Assembly: GCA_963708005.1 (NCBI GenBank)
Contig: CAVPRY010000006.1
Location: 221,138 to 285,137, forward strand
DNA: 64,000 bases
Direction of reading: 5' to 3'
Source: an uncultured Actinomycetes bacterium
GTDB lineage: Bacteria > Actinomycetota > Thermoleophilia > Gaiellales > Gaiellaceae
How positions within the stretch are numbered: position 1 is the stretch's first letter; each line of letters starts with the position of its first letter. The notes below the pieces were generated by a model that saw nothing but the letters and a program-made list of their open reading frames with translations, ran no database searches and was not told the DNA's origin. Position numbers and translations under genes: made by a program. Below are positions 39,365 through 50,264 of the stretch, one piece after another.

Positions 39365-39718
39365 TTGCTCGAGGTGAGACGCCGTCCTGTTGTCGACCCG
39401 CGGCTCGCCCGCGCGAAGTCCCGCCTCGACCGGCTCGACTGGTATCCACGACCCGTAGACCTGAAGCGGGTGCACCTCGTGACTGCGCCCTGGTTCTTCC
39501 GCCTGCCGTTCCTGCGGCGCTACGACGGCTACTGCCTGATCCGTACGATCCTGCTCCGGAGCCCGCACGCGTCGGACGACCTCGTCACGCACGAGCTCTG
39601 CCACGTATGGCAGATGCAGCACCACCCGATCCGTTTCGCGGTCACGTGGGCGCTCTCGAGCTACGCGGAGAACCCGTACGAACGCCAGGCGCGCGCCGCG
39701 GTAGCGGCGACGCGCTGA
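39365..39718 (+). CDS. Small HEXXH protein (DUF4157/zincin-like)
   Basis: LVTHELCHVWQ...YAENPYERQAR. Confidence 0.75.
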   Translation: MLEVRRRPVVDPRLARAKSRLDRLDWYPRPVDLKRVHLVTAPWFFRLPFLRRYDGYCLIRTILLRSPHASDDLVTHELCHVWQMQHHPIRFAVTWALSSYAENPYERQARAAVAATR

Positions 39719-39778
39719 CGAGGGCAGTGGCCGGACGCTAGGTCGGTGACGGGCGATCCGTCACGCAACTCCCGACGT

Positions 39779-40048
39779 ATGTTCGATCATCCCGTGATAC
39801 TTGCCGGTCTCTCCGTTTCCGATCGCCTCACGCTCGAGCTCGCGCGTCGACTCCGGGACGCCGGCATCGATTCGACGGCCGCCACGCTCGAGGAGGCCTG
39901 CCGTCGCGAACAGTCCAGGGTCGGACTCACGATCCCCGACAGCGAAGCCATCTTGCGTGTGCTCGAGGAGTGCCCCGAGGTGTTCGGCGAGTTGCGCGGC
40001 GTGCTCAGGCGAGAGCATCTCTGGCGCCAAGCGCAGAGGGTCGTCTGA
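39779..40048 (+). CDS. Hypothetical protein
   Basis: Helical, protein-like composition (LELARRLRDAG...LTIPDSEAILRVLEECP...ELRGVL). Confidence 0.55.
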   Translation: MFDHPVILAGLSVSDRLTLELARRLRDAGIDSTAATLEEACRREQSRVGLTIPDSEAILRVLEECPEVFGELRGVLRREHLWRQAQRVV

Positions 40049-40885
40049 GCCGGTCACGCCGCCCTCGGCGAAGAGGCTCGTGCCCGTAGAGTGGAGAGCA
40101 TGCAGAGACCACCGGACCCGGCGGAGCTTCCGTCGGAGCTGTTCTCTTTCCGCCTCTACGCCGCGAAAGGCGGCGAGATCGCGACGTACACGACTTCTAG
40201 CCCGGAAGCATTGACCTTGTGTCCCAATCCCGCGCTCGGGCTAGCGGCGCCGGGACCGCGGCAGCGAGGAGGGACAAGCGGGCCGCGGCGCCCGGCGGTC
40301 GCCTGGTCGGGTTCCACGCTCGGGAGCGGGCTCCTGCGTTGCCGACGCGACGAACGTCAGCGGTGAGCAGCCGCCGGTCAAGCCCACACCGACTCGCTGC
40401 GCCTTGAGGGAACCGACTTTGGAAGCGGCGGGGAGCGTCGGGGGAGGGGTGCTCCCCGCCGCGCTGGAGCCGCAGACGCCGAGCCTAACGTCGTGCCAAC
40501 TGACAAGACCAGGCCGCCCGTGTCTCTCGGACAGAAAGAAACAACGCAATTTGCGCCCGATCCCGAAGTCGATTCCCCTGAAAGCGCGTTGAGTTGGGCC
40601 GAATCGCGCGTAATCGTCAGTCCACGCGTGGGGCCGGTGGCGGGGCCGTGGAAGGGGGAGATCCCGGCGGCCGACACCGGCCACCACCGCATCAGGCGCG
40701 GTCGAGCGATGTTCGACCGGTCCCGCTCGTCGCCACTGCGGGGCCGAGGATCCGATCACGTTCACACACACCTTCCAGCTCGTCCGTCCAGGGCGCCCGC
40801 GGCCTGCCCGCCTTCATCGCTCGTGTCGATGCAGGGAATGCGCGCCGCCTCCCGGCTCGTAGTCCAGAGCGTTTGCGCCAAGCGT

Positions 40886-41068
40886 TCAGTTTGAATCTGC
40901 GTGCGGCGGCGGAGGCTGGTGTACGCCGTGAGCCGTCAGCCAGTCCTCGATCTTGCTGTACAGCCTTGTGTACTCGGGCAGCGTGATCGTCCCGACCAGA
41001 AGCGCCCTGTCGAGACGCCGGAAGGCGGAGTCCAGGTCATCCGAGAAGCCCTGATAGGTCTTGGGCAC
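40886..41068 (-). CDS. Small hypothetical protein
   Basis: TAGTGT 6 nt before the GTG, matching the leaderless pattern; composition unlike antisense shadow ORFs. Confidence 0.5.
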   Translation of the reverse strand: MPKTYQGFSDDLDSAFRRLDRALLVGTITLPEYTRLYSKIEDWLTAHGVHQPPPPHADSN

Positions 41069-41169
41069 GACTCCACACTACTCCCTGGGACGCCCTTTGT
41101 AACGAGCCGCACACGCGACGTACCCCGGAGGCTGCGCGGGCGAGCGCAGAGTCGGTAGCCGTCACCAGG

Positions 41170-41355
41170 CTAGTAGCGCGCTGCGAGCTCCTGGACGTCG
41201 AGTGCGATCTCCCGCACGGCCCTCTCGAGCGCCTCGGTCCGTGCGACGAGTTCTTGAATCGCGAGCGTGGTCGAGGTGGTCGACAACAGCGGCTCCTTAC
41301 GGGCGTCAACCAGCAGGTTCACCCGCTCGACCAAGGTGTCGGTCAAAGTTTCCAC
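41170..41355 (-). CDS. Small coiled-coil hypothetical protein
   Basis: Purine-rich RBS-like tract; IQELVARTEALERAVREIALDVQEL heptads. Confidence 0.55.
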   Translation of the reverse strand: METLTDTLVERVNLLVDARKEPLLSTTSTTLAIQELVARTEALERAVREIALDVQELAARY

Positions 41356-41584
41356 GGTGGCCCCTTCTCTCTGTGGCAGCTGGCGCTGACCCTGCAGGAA
41401 CTCTGTTCGCCGAGGCTCCGTCGTCTCTCGCGTCGAGAACGAGTTGGCGGCCTTCGGGGGTTGGCCGGAGTTCTAGCCACAGGGCCAGGTCAGATCATCT
41501 TACGCGGTCCGCCTGTCTCTCCTATGACCTCTCTGGGGGTCTCGGGAGGTAACTGGGGGATTTGGATCCCGCATGGGTCTTGAG

Positions 41585-41604
41585 TGGGCGGTGCAGGTCT
41601 AGGA
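41585..41604 (-). repeat. Degenerate copy of the tRNA-Val 3' end (att-like site)
   Basis: TGGGCGGTGCAGG at 41585-41597 is identical to 48113-48125 in the same orientation; the match continues imperfectly (TCTAGGA vs GCTCGAA). Confidence 0.6.
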
Positions 41605-42295
41605 TCAACGCAGTCGCGTCCTGCTAGGTACGGCGGTGCTCTTCGCGATCGTCACCGCCACTACTTGGACCCTGCGCCCGACCGGCCCCGCCGTCGGCCG
41701 AGGCATCCGAGGCGCTGTCCGCGGCGGCGTCCCCCACCTCGACGGGCTCGACTGGGCACCGCCCCCGGGGGTAGCCCTCCGACCACCGACCGAGGGTCAC
41801 GCGCTCCGGGAGCGGCGCGTTACGCGACCATACGCCGTTTCATGACAGTTGTCGACCGAGTGCGCTCCCTACGAGAGTAATGCGCACGAGGGCCCCAGGC
41901 GATGACAGGGGACGGAGCCCCTCCGCGCGCACCGCCACGAACTCTCCAGCCGTGAGCGACCCCAGATCCGCCGGCCAGCTCGCCCGGTACGCTCCAAAAC
42001 GGCTCTCGGAGCGTTGTCGCGCATCAAGCTCTAGCCAAGCTCTCTTGGGCAGCGTCGCTGCGTCTATCGCTGCAATGCCAGGTTGGTCGTCGACGTCGAC
42101 TGCATGAAGGTCAGAGATATCGTGCTGGCAGCCTCATAGGGCACTAAATGGGCACTGGCGATGCTCTGGGCGCGATGTCGACTACAGCCGAGGCAACGAA
42201 AAGCCTGACTAGCAGAGCTTTCTTGACGATTACGGTACCGCGCGGGGGCCGACGACCATCCGAGAATTCACTGATACGCGGGGCGCGGCGCCGGG

Positions 42296-43990
42296 TCACA
42301 CGCGCGCGACGTCGGCTGCTTGCCGCTGGATGCTCTTCAGCGTCCTCATGACCTCGTCGCCGCCGCGCCCGAAGAGGTCGTGAAGCCGCACGTACTCGCG
42401 GTACAGCTGGTCGTACAGAGCATGGCGACCCGAGTCCGACCGATAGGTCTCGGAGCCGAGGTGCGCCATGTGCCGCGACGCGTCGACGATCGAGTCGTAG
42501 CCGCCGAGTGCGGCACCGGCCGCCACCGCTCCGAACATCGCGGATCCGAGCGCGGGCGTCTGCGTGGAGGCGGCGACGGCGAACTCGCGACCCGTGATAT
42601 CGGCGTAGATCTGCATCAGGAGCTTGTTCCGCTCGGGCAGGCCGCCGCACGCGACGATCCCGGCGACCGGCACGCCGGCCGACTCGAAGGCGTCGACGAT
42701 CACCCGCGTTCCGAATGCGGTCGCCTCGATCAGCGCGCGGTAGACGTCGGGGGCTCGCGTCGAAAGGGTCATGCCGACGAGCAGGCCGCGGAGATCGGCG
42801 TCGACGAGCACGGAGCGGTTCCCGTTCCACCAGTCGAGCGCGAGCAGCCCGCACTCACCCGGGTGGAGCCGCGCCGCCTCCTCCTCGAGCACCGCCAGCA
42901 CGCCGACGCCGCGGCGGCGCGCCGCCTCGTGGTACTCGGGTGGGACGGCGCTCTCGGCGAACCAGGCGAAGATGTCGCCCACGGCCGACTGGCCGGCCTC
43001 GTACCCGAACAGCCCTGGCACGATGCCGTCCTCGACGACCCCGCACATCCCGTCGACCGTCGCGAGCTCGTCGCCGAGGAGCATGTGGCAGATGCTCGTG
43101 CCCATGATCGCGACCATCGTCCCGGGCTCCGTCACCGTCGCCGCCGGCACGGACACGTGGGCGTCGACGTTGGCGACCGCCACAGCCGTGCCGGGCAGCA
43201 GCCCCATCCACTCCGCCGCCTGCCTGCTCAGCCCGCCGGCGCGGCTCCCGATCGGCACGACGTGGCGCGACATCTTCTCGTCGACGACGTGCTCGAACCT
43301 CGGGTCGAGCGCTGCGAAGTACTCGTTCGCCGGGAAGCCGTCGCGCTTCGACCACATCGCCTTGTACCCGGCGGTGCAGGTGTTTCGCGTCTCGGAGCCG
43401 GTCAGCTGCCAGACGACCCAGTCGGCGGCCTCGATCAGCCGGTCGGCGCGGTCGTAGACCTCGGGCGCCTCGTCGAGGATCTGCAGCGCCTTCGCGAAGA
43501 ACCACTCCGACGAGATCCTGCCGCCGTAGCGCTGCAGCCAGCTCTCCCCGCGCTCGGCCGCAACCGCGTTGATGCGGTTCGCGTCGGGCTGAGCGGCATG
43601 GTGCTTCCAGAGCTTGACCCACGCGTGCGGCTCACGGCGGAGGCCGTCGAGCAGGCAGAGCGGCGTCCCGTCCGCAAGGGTCGGCAGCATCGTGCACGAG
43701 GTGAAGTCGATGCCGAGGCCGATCACGTCGGCCGGATCCGCACCCGTCTCGGCCAGCAGCGAGGCAATCGCCTCCTGGAACGTCCGGAGGTAGTCCTCCG
43801 GATCCTGGAGCGCCCAGTCGGGCTCGAGGAGCACGTCGGCGTCCGGTTCCGGGAGGCACTCGTCGATCACGCCGTTGCGGTAGCGGTAGACGGCGGTCTC
43901 GAGCTCGCGGCCGTCGGCGCAGTCGACGAGGACCGCGCGCGCCGATTCCGTGCCGAAGTCGATGCCGACGGCGTACCTCTGCCTGCTCAT
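42296..43990 (-). CDS. araB: L-ribulokinase
   Basis: [34 protein letters not shown] and LDWWNGNRS motifs. Confidence 0.93.
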   Translation of the reverse strand: MSRQRYAVGIDFGTESARAVLVDCADGRELETAVYRYRNGVIDECLPEPDADVLLEPDWALQDPEDYLRTFQEAIASLLAETGADPADVIGLGIDFTSCTMLPTLADGTPLCLLDGLRREPHAWVKLWKHHAAQPDANRINAVAAERGESWLQRYGGRISSEWFFAKALQILDEAPEVYDRADRLIEAADWVVWQLTGSETRNTCTAGYKAMWSKRDGFPANEYFAALDPRFEHVVDEKMSRHVVPIGSRAGGLSRQAAEWMGLLPGTAVAVANVDAHVSVPAATVTEPGTMVAIMGTSICHMLLGDELATVDGMCGVVEDGIVPGLFGYEAGQSAVGDIFAWFAESAVPPEYHEAARRRGVGVLAVLEEEAARLHPGECGLLALDWWNGNRSVLVDADLRGLLVGMTLSTRAPDVYRALIEATAFGTRVIVDAFESAGVPVAGIVACGGLPERNKLLMQIYADITGREFAVAASTQTPALGSAMFGAVAAGAALGGYDSIVDASRHMAHLGSETYRSDSGRHALYDQLYREYVRLHDLFGRGGDEVMRTLKSIQRQAADVARV

Positions 43991-45027
43991 CACGTCGCTC
44001 CCTCGCTCACTCGTTGCGGCTCGACGATCGCCCTGAGCCCTCGACGCTCGACGAGCGCGCCGAACGCCTCGTTCCACTGGGAGAGTGCGTAGCGCTCGCT
44101 CATGAGCGGCGCGAGCTCGACGCGCCCTGCCTCGACGAGCCGGATCGCGCGGGGCAGGTCGGCGGGCTCCATCCGCCGGCAGAGCAGCAGCGTCAGGCCC
44201 TTGCGCCGCGCGGTCGAGGCGGTGAAGCTCGTGCGGTCGTCGTCGGGGATGCCCACGACGACGACGCGCCCGCCGGGCCGCACGGCGTCGATCGCGTCCG
44301 CCAGCGCCGCGTCCTCGCCGGCCACCTCGAACGCCACGTCGACGCCCCCGCCGCCGGGTAGGCGCTCCAGCCACCCGCGGTCGGCGAGCGCTTCGTCCGC
44401 GTCGAGCGCATGGGTCGCTCCCAGTGCGGCCGCGGCGGCGACCCGGTGCGGTAGGCGGTCGGTCGCGAGAATCGCCGTCGCCCCGACGGCCCGAAGCGCC
44501 TGGACGAGGAGGAGCCCGATCGGCCCGCAGCCGAAGACACCGGCGGTCGCGCCCGCCCGCACGCGCCCGAGGTCGAGGGCATGGAGCGCGACGCCGAGCG
44601 GCTCGAGCAGGGCACCCTCGGCGTCCGGGAGCGAGTCGGGCAGCCGGTGCGCGAGGCGCTCCGGCCAGGCGAGGAGCGTGCGCAGTGCGCCGTCGGTCGA
44701 GCCGTGTCCCGCGAAGCGTAGCTCCGGGCAGAGATGCGGCCGGCCGGCGAGGCACACGGAGCAGCGGCGGCACGGGACGGCCGGATCGACCACGACCCGC
44801 TCGCCGGCGCGCGGCCCGGACTCGACGGTGCCGACGAACTCGTGCCCGAGCACGAGCGGCCCCGTCAGGACGGCGTCGCCGATCCCGCCCTCCGTGAGCC
44901 AGTGCCGGTCGGAGCCGCAGAGGCCGACCGCGGTCACGCGCAGGAGGAGCTCGCCCTCGCCCGGGTCCGGCTCGGGCTCCTCGTGCAGGCGAAGATCGCC
45001 CCTGCCGTGGAGACGCAGCGCCTTCAC
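43990..45027 (-). CDS. Zn-dependent polyol (sorbitol/iditol-type) dehydrogenase
   Basis: GLCGSD.H, GHE, CRRCSVC...C, LLEPLGV and GCGPIG motifs. Confidence 0.88.
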   Translation of the reverse strand: MKALRLHGRGDLRLHEEPEPDPGEGELLLRVTAVGLCGSDRHWLTEGGIGDAVLTGPLVLGHEFVGTVESGPRAGERVVVDPAVPCRRCSVCLAGRPHLCPELRFAGHGSTDGALRTLLAWPERLAHRLPDSLPDAEGALLEPLGVALHALDLGRVRAGATAGVFGCGPIGLLLVQALRAVGATAILATDRLPHRVAAAAALGATHALDADEALADRGWLERLPGGGGVDVAFEVAGEDAALADAIDAVRPGGRVVVVGIPDDDRTSFTASTARRKGLTLLLCRRMEPADLPRAIRLVEAGRVELAPLMSERYALSQWNEAFGALVERRGLRAIVEPQRVSEGAT

Positions 45028-45725
45028 CGGTCCTGGCCGTAATAGGCGCCGGGGCCGTGCTTGCGGGAGAAGTGCCGCCGCAGCAGGTCGTCTCCGATCG
45101 GCTCCGCACCGGGCCGGAGCAGCTCCGTCCTGTACGCGGCGGCGGCCACGGCCTCGAGCGCGACCGCGTTCTCGACAGCCTGCGCCGCGTCGGCCCCCCA
45201 CGCGAACGGCCCGTGGGAGGCGACAAGCGCCGCCGGCACGGCGAGCGGGTCGAGCTCCAGGCGTGCGAGCGTCTCGACGATGACGACGCCGGTGAGCCGC
45301 TCGTACTCGCCCTCGATCTCCGCGCGCGTCAACGGGCGCGTGACCGGCACCGCTCCGGAGAAGTGGTCCGCGTGCGTGGTGCCGAGGCACGGAATCTCGC
45401 GGCACGCCTGCGCCCAGGCGGTCGCGAACGGGGAGTGCGTGTGGACGATCCCGCCCACCCCCTCGAAGCTGCGATAGAGCACGAGATGCGTGGGCGTGTC
45501 GGACGAGGGCCGGTGCTCGCCGTCGCGGACCTCGCCGGTCTCGAGGTCGACGACGACCATCGCGTCCGGCCGCAGCATGTCGTAGGGCACGCCGCTCGGC
45601 TTGATCGCCATCACGCCCGCGGCCCGGTCGACGGCGCTCGCGTTGCCGAAGGTGAGGACGACGAGCCCAGCGCGAACGATCTCGCGGTTCGCCTCGTAGA
45701 CGTGCTCACGGAGCTCGGCGTGCAT
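45024..45725 (-). CDS. araD: L-ribulose-5-phosphate 4-epimerase
   Basis: [32 protein letters not shown] and [11 protein letters not shown] motifs. Confidence 0.95.
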   Translation of the reverse strand: MHAELREHVYEANREIVRAGLVVLTFGNASAVDRAAGVMAIKPSGVPYDMLRPDAMVVVDLETGEVRDGEHRPSSDTPTHLVLYRSFEGVGGIVHTHSPFATAWAQACREIPCLGTTHADHFSGAVPVTRPLTRAEIEGEYERLTGVVIVETLARLELDPLAVPAALVASHGPFAWGADAAQAVENAVALEAVAAAAYRTELLRPGAEPIGDDLLRRHFSRKHGPGAYYGQDR

Positions 45726-45731
45726 GACCGC

Positions 45732-47237
45732 TCACAGGCCTCGGGCTAGATGGAAGTACGCCTGGTTCCAGCGCAGCTCCTTCTTGAAGTCGCTCATGTG
45801 CGTTCGCTCGTCGATCAGCAGGAGCTCGAGCCCGGCGATCTCGGCCAGGTCGACGAAGGCCTCGCTGCGGAGCGCGCGAGAGAAGACAGTGTGGTGAGGA
45901 CCGCCCGCGAGCAGCCAGGCCTCCGCGGCCGTCGCGAAGTCCGGCTTCGGCTCCCACACGGCCCGGGCAACCGGCAGCCGCGGCAGCTCCTCGTCCGGCG
46001 GCACCACGTCGACCTCGTTCACGACGAGGCGGAAGCGATCGCCCAGGTCGAGGAGACCTGCGACCAAGGCCGGCCCCGGCGCGGCGGTAAACACGAGGCG
46101 CACCGGATCCTGCTTGCCGCCGATCGAGAGCGGATGGACCTCGCACGACGGCCTCTCGGCCGCGATCGACGGGCACACCTCCAGCATGTGCGCGCCGAGC
46201 ACCTTCGGCCCTTCCGGCGCCAGGTGGTACGTGTAGTCCTCCATGAACGACGTGCCGCCGTCGAGCCCGTGACTCATCACCTTGGCGATCCGGACGAGGG
46301 CCGCGGTCTTCCAGTCACCCTCTCCCCCGAACCCGTAGCCGTCGGCCATCAGGCGCTGCACGGCGATGCCGGGCAGCTGGGGTAGGCCGTCGAGGTCCTC
46401 GAAGGTGTCAGTGAAGGCCTTGAAGCCCCCCGCCTCGAGGAACCCCCTCAGCCCGGCCTCGATCCGCGCCGCGTCCCGCAGCGACTCCCGGCGGTCGCCG
46501 TCACGCCGCAGCGCGGGCACGAGCTCGTACTGCTGCTCGTACTCGTCGAGGAGCCCGTCGACCGCGGCGTCCGAGACGTCGCGCACGGCGTCGACCAGCT
46601 CGCCGATGCCGTAGCCGTTTACCGCGACGCCCAGCCTGAGCTGGGCCTCGACCTTGTCGCCCTCGGTGACGGCGACGTGGCGCATGTTGTCGCCGAAGCG
46701 CGCGACGCTGAGCGTCTGCGCCTCGTGCCAGCCGCACGCCGCTCGCGACCAGGTGCCGATCCGGTCGACCACCGTCGGGTCGCTCCAGTGCCCGACCACG
46801 GTCTTGCGCCTCAGCCGCATCCGGGTCTCGACGAACCCGAACTCCCGGTCGCCGTGCGCCGACTGGTTCAGGTTCATGAAGTCCATGTCGATCTCGGACC
46901 AGGGAAGATCCCGGTTGAACTGCGTGTGCAGGTGGAGCAGCGGCTTCTGCAACGCGCCGAGACCGGCGATCCACATCTTCGCGGGAGAGAACGTGTGCAT
47001 CCAGCAGATCACGCCTACGCAGCCCGCGGCCGCGTTCGCCTCGAGACAGAGCCTGTGGATCGACTCGGCGCTCGTCATCACCTGCGTGGGCACGATCCGG
47101 ACCGGGACGGCCTCCGCCGCGTCGAGCGACGCCGCCACCTTCCGTGAGTGCTCGTCGACGCGTCGCAGCACCGCGTCGCCGTACATCTCCTGGCTTCCCG
47201 TGACGAGCCAGACTTCGAACGGGTCAAGCGCTTTCAT
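45732..47237 (-). CDS. araA: L-arabinose isomerase
   Basis: [47 protein letters not shown] and GGPHH motifs. Confidence 0.97.
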   Translation of the reverse strand: MKALDPFEVWLVTGSQEMYGDAVLRRVDEHSRKVAASLDAAEAVPVRIVPTQVMTSAESIHRLCLEANAAAGCVGVICWMHTFSPAKMWIAGLGALQKPLLHLHTQFNRDLPWSEIDMDFMNLNQSAHGDREFGFVETRMRLRRKTVVGHWSDPTVVDRIGTWSRAACGWHEAQTLSVARFGDNMRHVAVTEGDKVEAQLRLGVAVNGYGIGELVDAVRDVSDAAVDGLLDEYEQQYELVPALRRDGDRRESLRDAARIEAGLRGFLEAGGFKAFTDTFEDLDGLPQLPGIAVQRLMADGYGFGGEGDWKTAALVRIAKVMSHGLDGGTSFMEDYTYHLAPEGPKVLGAHMLEVCPSIAAERPSCEVHPLSIGGKQDPVRLVFTAAPGPALVAGLLDLGDRFRLVVNEVDVVPPDEELPRLPVARAVWEPKPDFATAAEAWLLAGGPHHTVFSRALRSEAFVDLAEIAGLELLLIDERTHMSDFKKELRWNQAYFHLARGL

Positions 47238-47532
47238 GATCGAGCCCCCATTGGCCGGAGACCCTGCGGCCGGCCGCCGCCTCGGCGACGAAGAGGCAGC
47301 CCGCGTCGATCGGCGCGGCCGGCACCTCGAGCTCGGCGAGCCGGCGTGCCGCGCCCTCCGGCAGGACGTCGTTGAGAAAGACCGCGTACGCTACTACTCC
47401 GGCGTAGTCACCGTTGCGGACCTGCAGCCTGTGTTGCCGCGGCCGCGAACCGTTCGTGTTTCTGGAGGGCTTCGAGTTCCGCGACGGACGCCGCAGATCA
47501 GCGTGACCGCGGTGCTTTGTACGATCCCGAGC

Positions 47533-47739
47533 ATGGCACTGCTCGACCTGCTCAACCCCTTCACGTGGTTCGCCCACGACCGCGGCGAGCGCCACTTGGA
47601 GATAGACGAGGAACGCCTCCACGCCGGCCGTGCGGCCAATCTACACCCTCTGTTTCGCGTCGAAGGCCGAAAGGGGACGCGCCCTCTGGGACAGCGTTAC
47701 AAGGACGACCCCTCCGGTCAGTTCGTCCTCCCCATCTAG
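47533..47739 (+). CDS. Small hypothetical protein
   Basis: TACGAT 7 nt before the ATG; MALLDLLNPFTWF...; 68 aa. Confidence 0.45.
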   Translation: MALLDLLNPFTWFAHDRGERHLEIDEERLHAGRAANLHPLFRVEGRKGTRPLGQRYKDDPSGQFVLPI

Positions 47740-47768
47740 GCCGCCCGACGTCGGTACCGTTCGCGCTG

Positions 47769-48032
47769 ATGAGCGTGGCCTGCGACTGCCAGAACGTCTC
47801 CACGTACACCGTGCTCCGCGTGCTCGAGGACGATCGGGGCCGATACGCCGAACGAAGACGTTGTGGCGCGTGCGGCAACCCGTACCTCGAGCGCGGGATT
47901 CGCCCGTGGTCGCTGCTGGACGGGTGGGGAGCGCTCAAGTTCTTCGTGGCGTACCGTTGGGGCGAGGATCTCTGGACGGTCACGGAGCGGGAAGCGTTCT
48001 TCCGTCGCCGTCGGCTCGCGATCGGCGTCTGA
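47769..48032 (+). CDS. Small Cys-containing hypothetical protein
   Basis: TACCGT 8 nt before the ATG; CDC...CGAC. Confidence 0.5.
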   Translation: MSVACDCQNVSTYTVLRVLEDDRGRYAERRRCGACGNPYLERGIRPWSLLDGWGALKFFVAYRWGEDLWTVTEREAFFRRRRLAIGV

Positions 48033-48112
48033 GCGCGGCTACTGGTATCCACGAGTGGTACCGAGGCCTCTCCCGAGAGCCGAGAGGGGCCCCAATCCCA
48101 GCGCACAAGCCA

Positions 48113-48186
48113 TGGGCGGTGCAGGGCTCGAACCTGCGACCTCCTGCGTGTAAAGCAGGCGCTCTGACCAGCTGAGCTAACCGCCC
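48113..48186 (-). tRNA. tRNA-Val (anticodon TAC)
   Basis: GGGCGGTTAGCTCAGCTGGTCAGAGCGCCTGCTTTACACGCAGGAGGTCGCAGGTTCGAGCCCTGCACCGCCCA folds as a cloverleaf; no encoded CCA; TACGAT -10 upstream. Confidence 0.97.
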
Positions 48187-48325
48187 CGCCGGAGCGCATC
48201 GTAGTCACAGGCGTCGATGATCGAGGGACGCTTACGGCTGTGGACGGGACCAAGGAGCTGAGCTCCACCTGCGGCTCGGTGGTGGCCCTGATGCGAGCGG
48301 GATTGAGGTCTGCCACAGTTCGCGG

Positions 48326-48679
48326 ATGGGCAGGACGGTGCTGATCGTGGACGATCACGCCGCCTTTCGTTCGGCTGCTCACGCACTGCTGGACGCCAGC
48401 GGCTTCGATGTCGTGGGCGAAGCAGCGGACGGGGCGTCGGCGCTCGCCGCGGTGACCGAGCTGCGCCCGGAGGTCGTCCTGCTGGACATCCAGCTGCCAG
48501 ACCTCGACGGCTTCGCCGTGGCCGAGCGGCTCGAGGTGGGCGACGCGGCCGTGGCGATCGTGTTCACGTCGAGTCGCAGCGTGACGTCGTTTCGGCGGCG
48601 ACTCGCGGCAAACCCCGCCTGGAGCTTCATCCCGAAGAGCGAGCTATCCGGGGAGGCGCTCACGGCTGCCGTCGGCTGA
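48326..48679 (+). CDS. Single-domain NarL-type response regulator (receiver only)
   Basis: LIVDDH, LLDIQLPDLDG, TSS and FIPKSEL motifs. Confidence 0.88.
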   Translation: MGRTVLIVDDHAAFRSAAHALLDASGFDVVGEAADGASALAAVTELRPEVVLLDIQLPDLDGFAVAERLEVGDAAVAIVFTSSRSVTSFRRRLAANPAWSFIPKSELSGEALTAAVG

Positions 48680-48683
48680 GCTC

Positions 48684-50264
48684 ATGCGCCCGCTCCGGCT
48701 GGGGCTCCTTCCGCTCGGGATCGCGTTCGGGCTCTCCGTTGAGTGGGCTTTCTACGACGCTTCGTGGGGGCCGGCGCTCGCGGCTGCGGACTTCGCGGTC
48801 GGCTGTGTCCTGATCGCCTGCGGGACGGTCGCCTGGGACCGACGGACGGAAAGCCGTGTCGGCGGGCTGATGACGCTGGCGGGCTTCACGTGGTTCCTCG
48901 GCAACGTCGCGCAACCGTTTCTGTATCTCCATCGCGGGCCGCTCGTGCACCTCCATCTCTCGTACCCGACCGGGCGACTGCGGACACGGGTGGCGCAGCT
49001 GATCGTTGCAGCGGCCTATGTCGACGCTGCGATCGAGCCGCTGGCCGCGAACGACTGGCTGACACTCGTGCTGAGCGGTCTCGTGGCGCTGACTGCGCTG
49101 CAGGTGTTCCTCGGCACGTCAGGGCCGGCGCGCAAAGCCGGTGGCCCTGCCCTCGCGGCGGCGCTGGCGTTCGCGGCCGTGCTCGCGCTGGGCTCGATCG
49201 ACCGGCTCGCCGGCTGGGACGACGGTGACGCCGTGCTCTGGACATACGACGTCGTGATCGCCACGATCGCCATCGTCCTGCTGCACGACCTGCTGCGCGG
49301 CCGCTGGGCAGAAGCGGTCGTCACCGGCCTTGTGGTGGATCTCGGCGCAGCGGCCGGGGCCGCGACGCTCCGCGGCACGCTCTCGCGCGCGCTCGGCGAC
49401 CCGTCGCTCGTCGTAGGCTATCGCCTGCCGGAGACCGGCGCCTTCGTGGATGATGCCGGACGCCCGGTGGAGCTGCCCTCGCCTGGTTCGGGAAAGACGG
49501 CGACGGCGATCGAGGATCACGGCGAGCAGCTGGCCGTGCTCGTACACGACGAGGCGCTGCTGGCCGACGGGAGCCTGGTGGAGTCCGTCGCCGCCGCCGC
49601 CCGGATCGCAGTCGCCAACGCCCGTCTGCAGGCGGAGACACAGACTCGCGCAGCTGAGCTCGAGACGTCCCGCCGGCGGATCGTCGAGGCCGCCGACGCG
49701 CAGCGCCGCCGGGTCGAGCAGGAGCTGCGGCTGGGGGCGGAGCGACGACTGGAGAACGTTGCCGCGCTGCTCGCCGCCGCTCGCGCGACGTCGCGGGCGA
49801 GCGACGGGGAGGAGATCGGGGCGCTCGAAGGCGAGCTCGACGGGGCACGCCGTGACCTCCAGGAGTTTGCACACGGCGTGCACCCGGCAGCGTTGACCGA
49901 TCGAGGGCTCCTCCCGGCGCTCGCTTTGTTGGCCGAGCGCTCGCTGATCCCGGTGGAGTTGAAAGGCGATCCGCAGAGGCTTCCCGCTCCCGTGGAGGCG
50001 GCGCTCTTCTTCGTCTGCTCCGAGGCTCTCGCGAACGTCGCCAAGCACGCCGGGGCGTCGCGCGTCTCGATCGAGGTGAGTGTCGAGCGAGATCGGGCAG
50101 TCGTCCTGATCGCGGATGACGGCGCGGGCGGGGCCGACCCGAGCGGGGGCAGCGGGCTACGTGGGCTCGCCGACCGCGCCGAGGCGCTTGGGGGAAGGCT
50201 CGTCGTCGAAAGTCCAGCCGGAGCTGGGACGCGCGTGGTCGCCGAGATTCCGTCTCACGCCTAG
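48684..50264 (+). CDS. Multi-pass membrane HisKA_3-type sensor kinase with a divergent H-box
   Basis: SRRRIVEAADAQRRRVEQELRLGAE (the usual RDLHDG histidine is absent), EALANVAKH, DDGAGG and GSGLRGL motifs. Confidence 0.88.
   Translation: MRPLRLGLLPLGIAFGLSVEWAFYDASWGPALAAADFAVGCVLIACGTVAWDRRTESRVGGLMTLAGFTWFLGNVAQPFLYLHRGPLVHLHLSYPTGRLRTRVAQLIVAAAYVDAAIEPLAANDWLTLVLSGLVALTALQVFLGTSGPARKAGGPALAAALAFAAVLALGSIDRLAGWDDGDAVLWTYDVVIATIAIVLLHDLLRGRWAEAVVTGLVVDLGAAAGAATLRGTLSRALGDPSLVVGYRLPETGAFVDDAGRPVELPSPGSGKTATAIEDHGEQLAVLVHDEALLADGSLVESVAAAARIAVANARLQAETQTRAAELETSRRRIVEAADAQRRRVEQELRLGAERRLENVAALLAAARATSRASDGEEIGALEGELDGARRDLQEFAHGVHPAALTDRGLLPALALLAERSLIPVELKGDPQRLPAPVEAALFFVCSEALANVAKHAGASRVSIEVSVERDRAVVLIADDGAGGADPSGGSGLRGLADRAEALGGRLVVESPAGAGTRVVAEIPSHA

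Noticed and set aside
39772-39786. Second LexA box (CGACGTATGTTCG)
   Set aside because: Only the right half-site matches.
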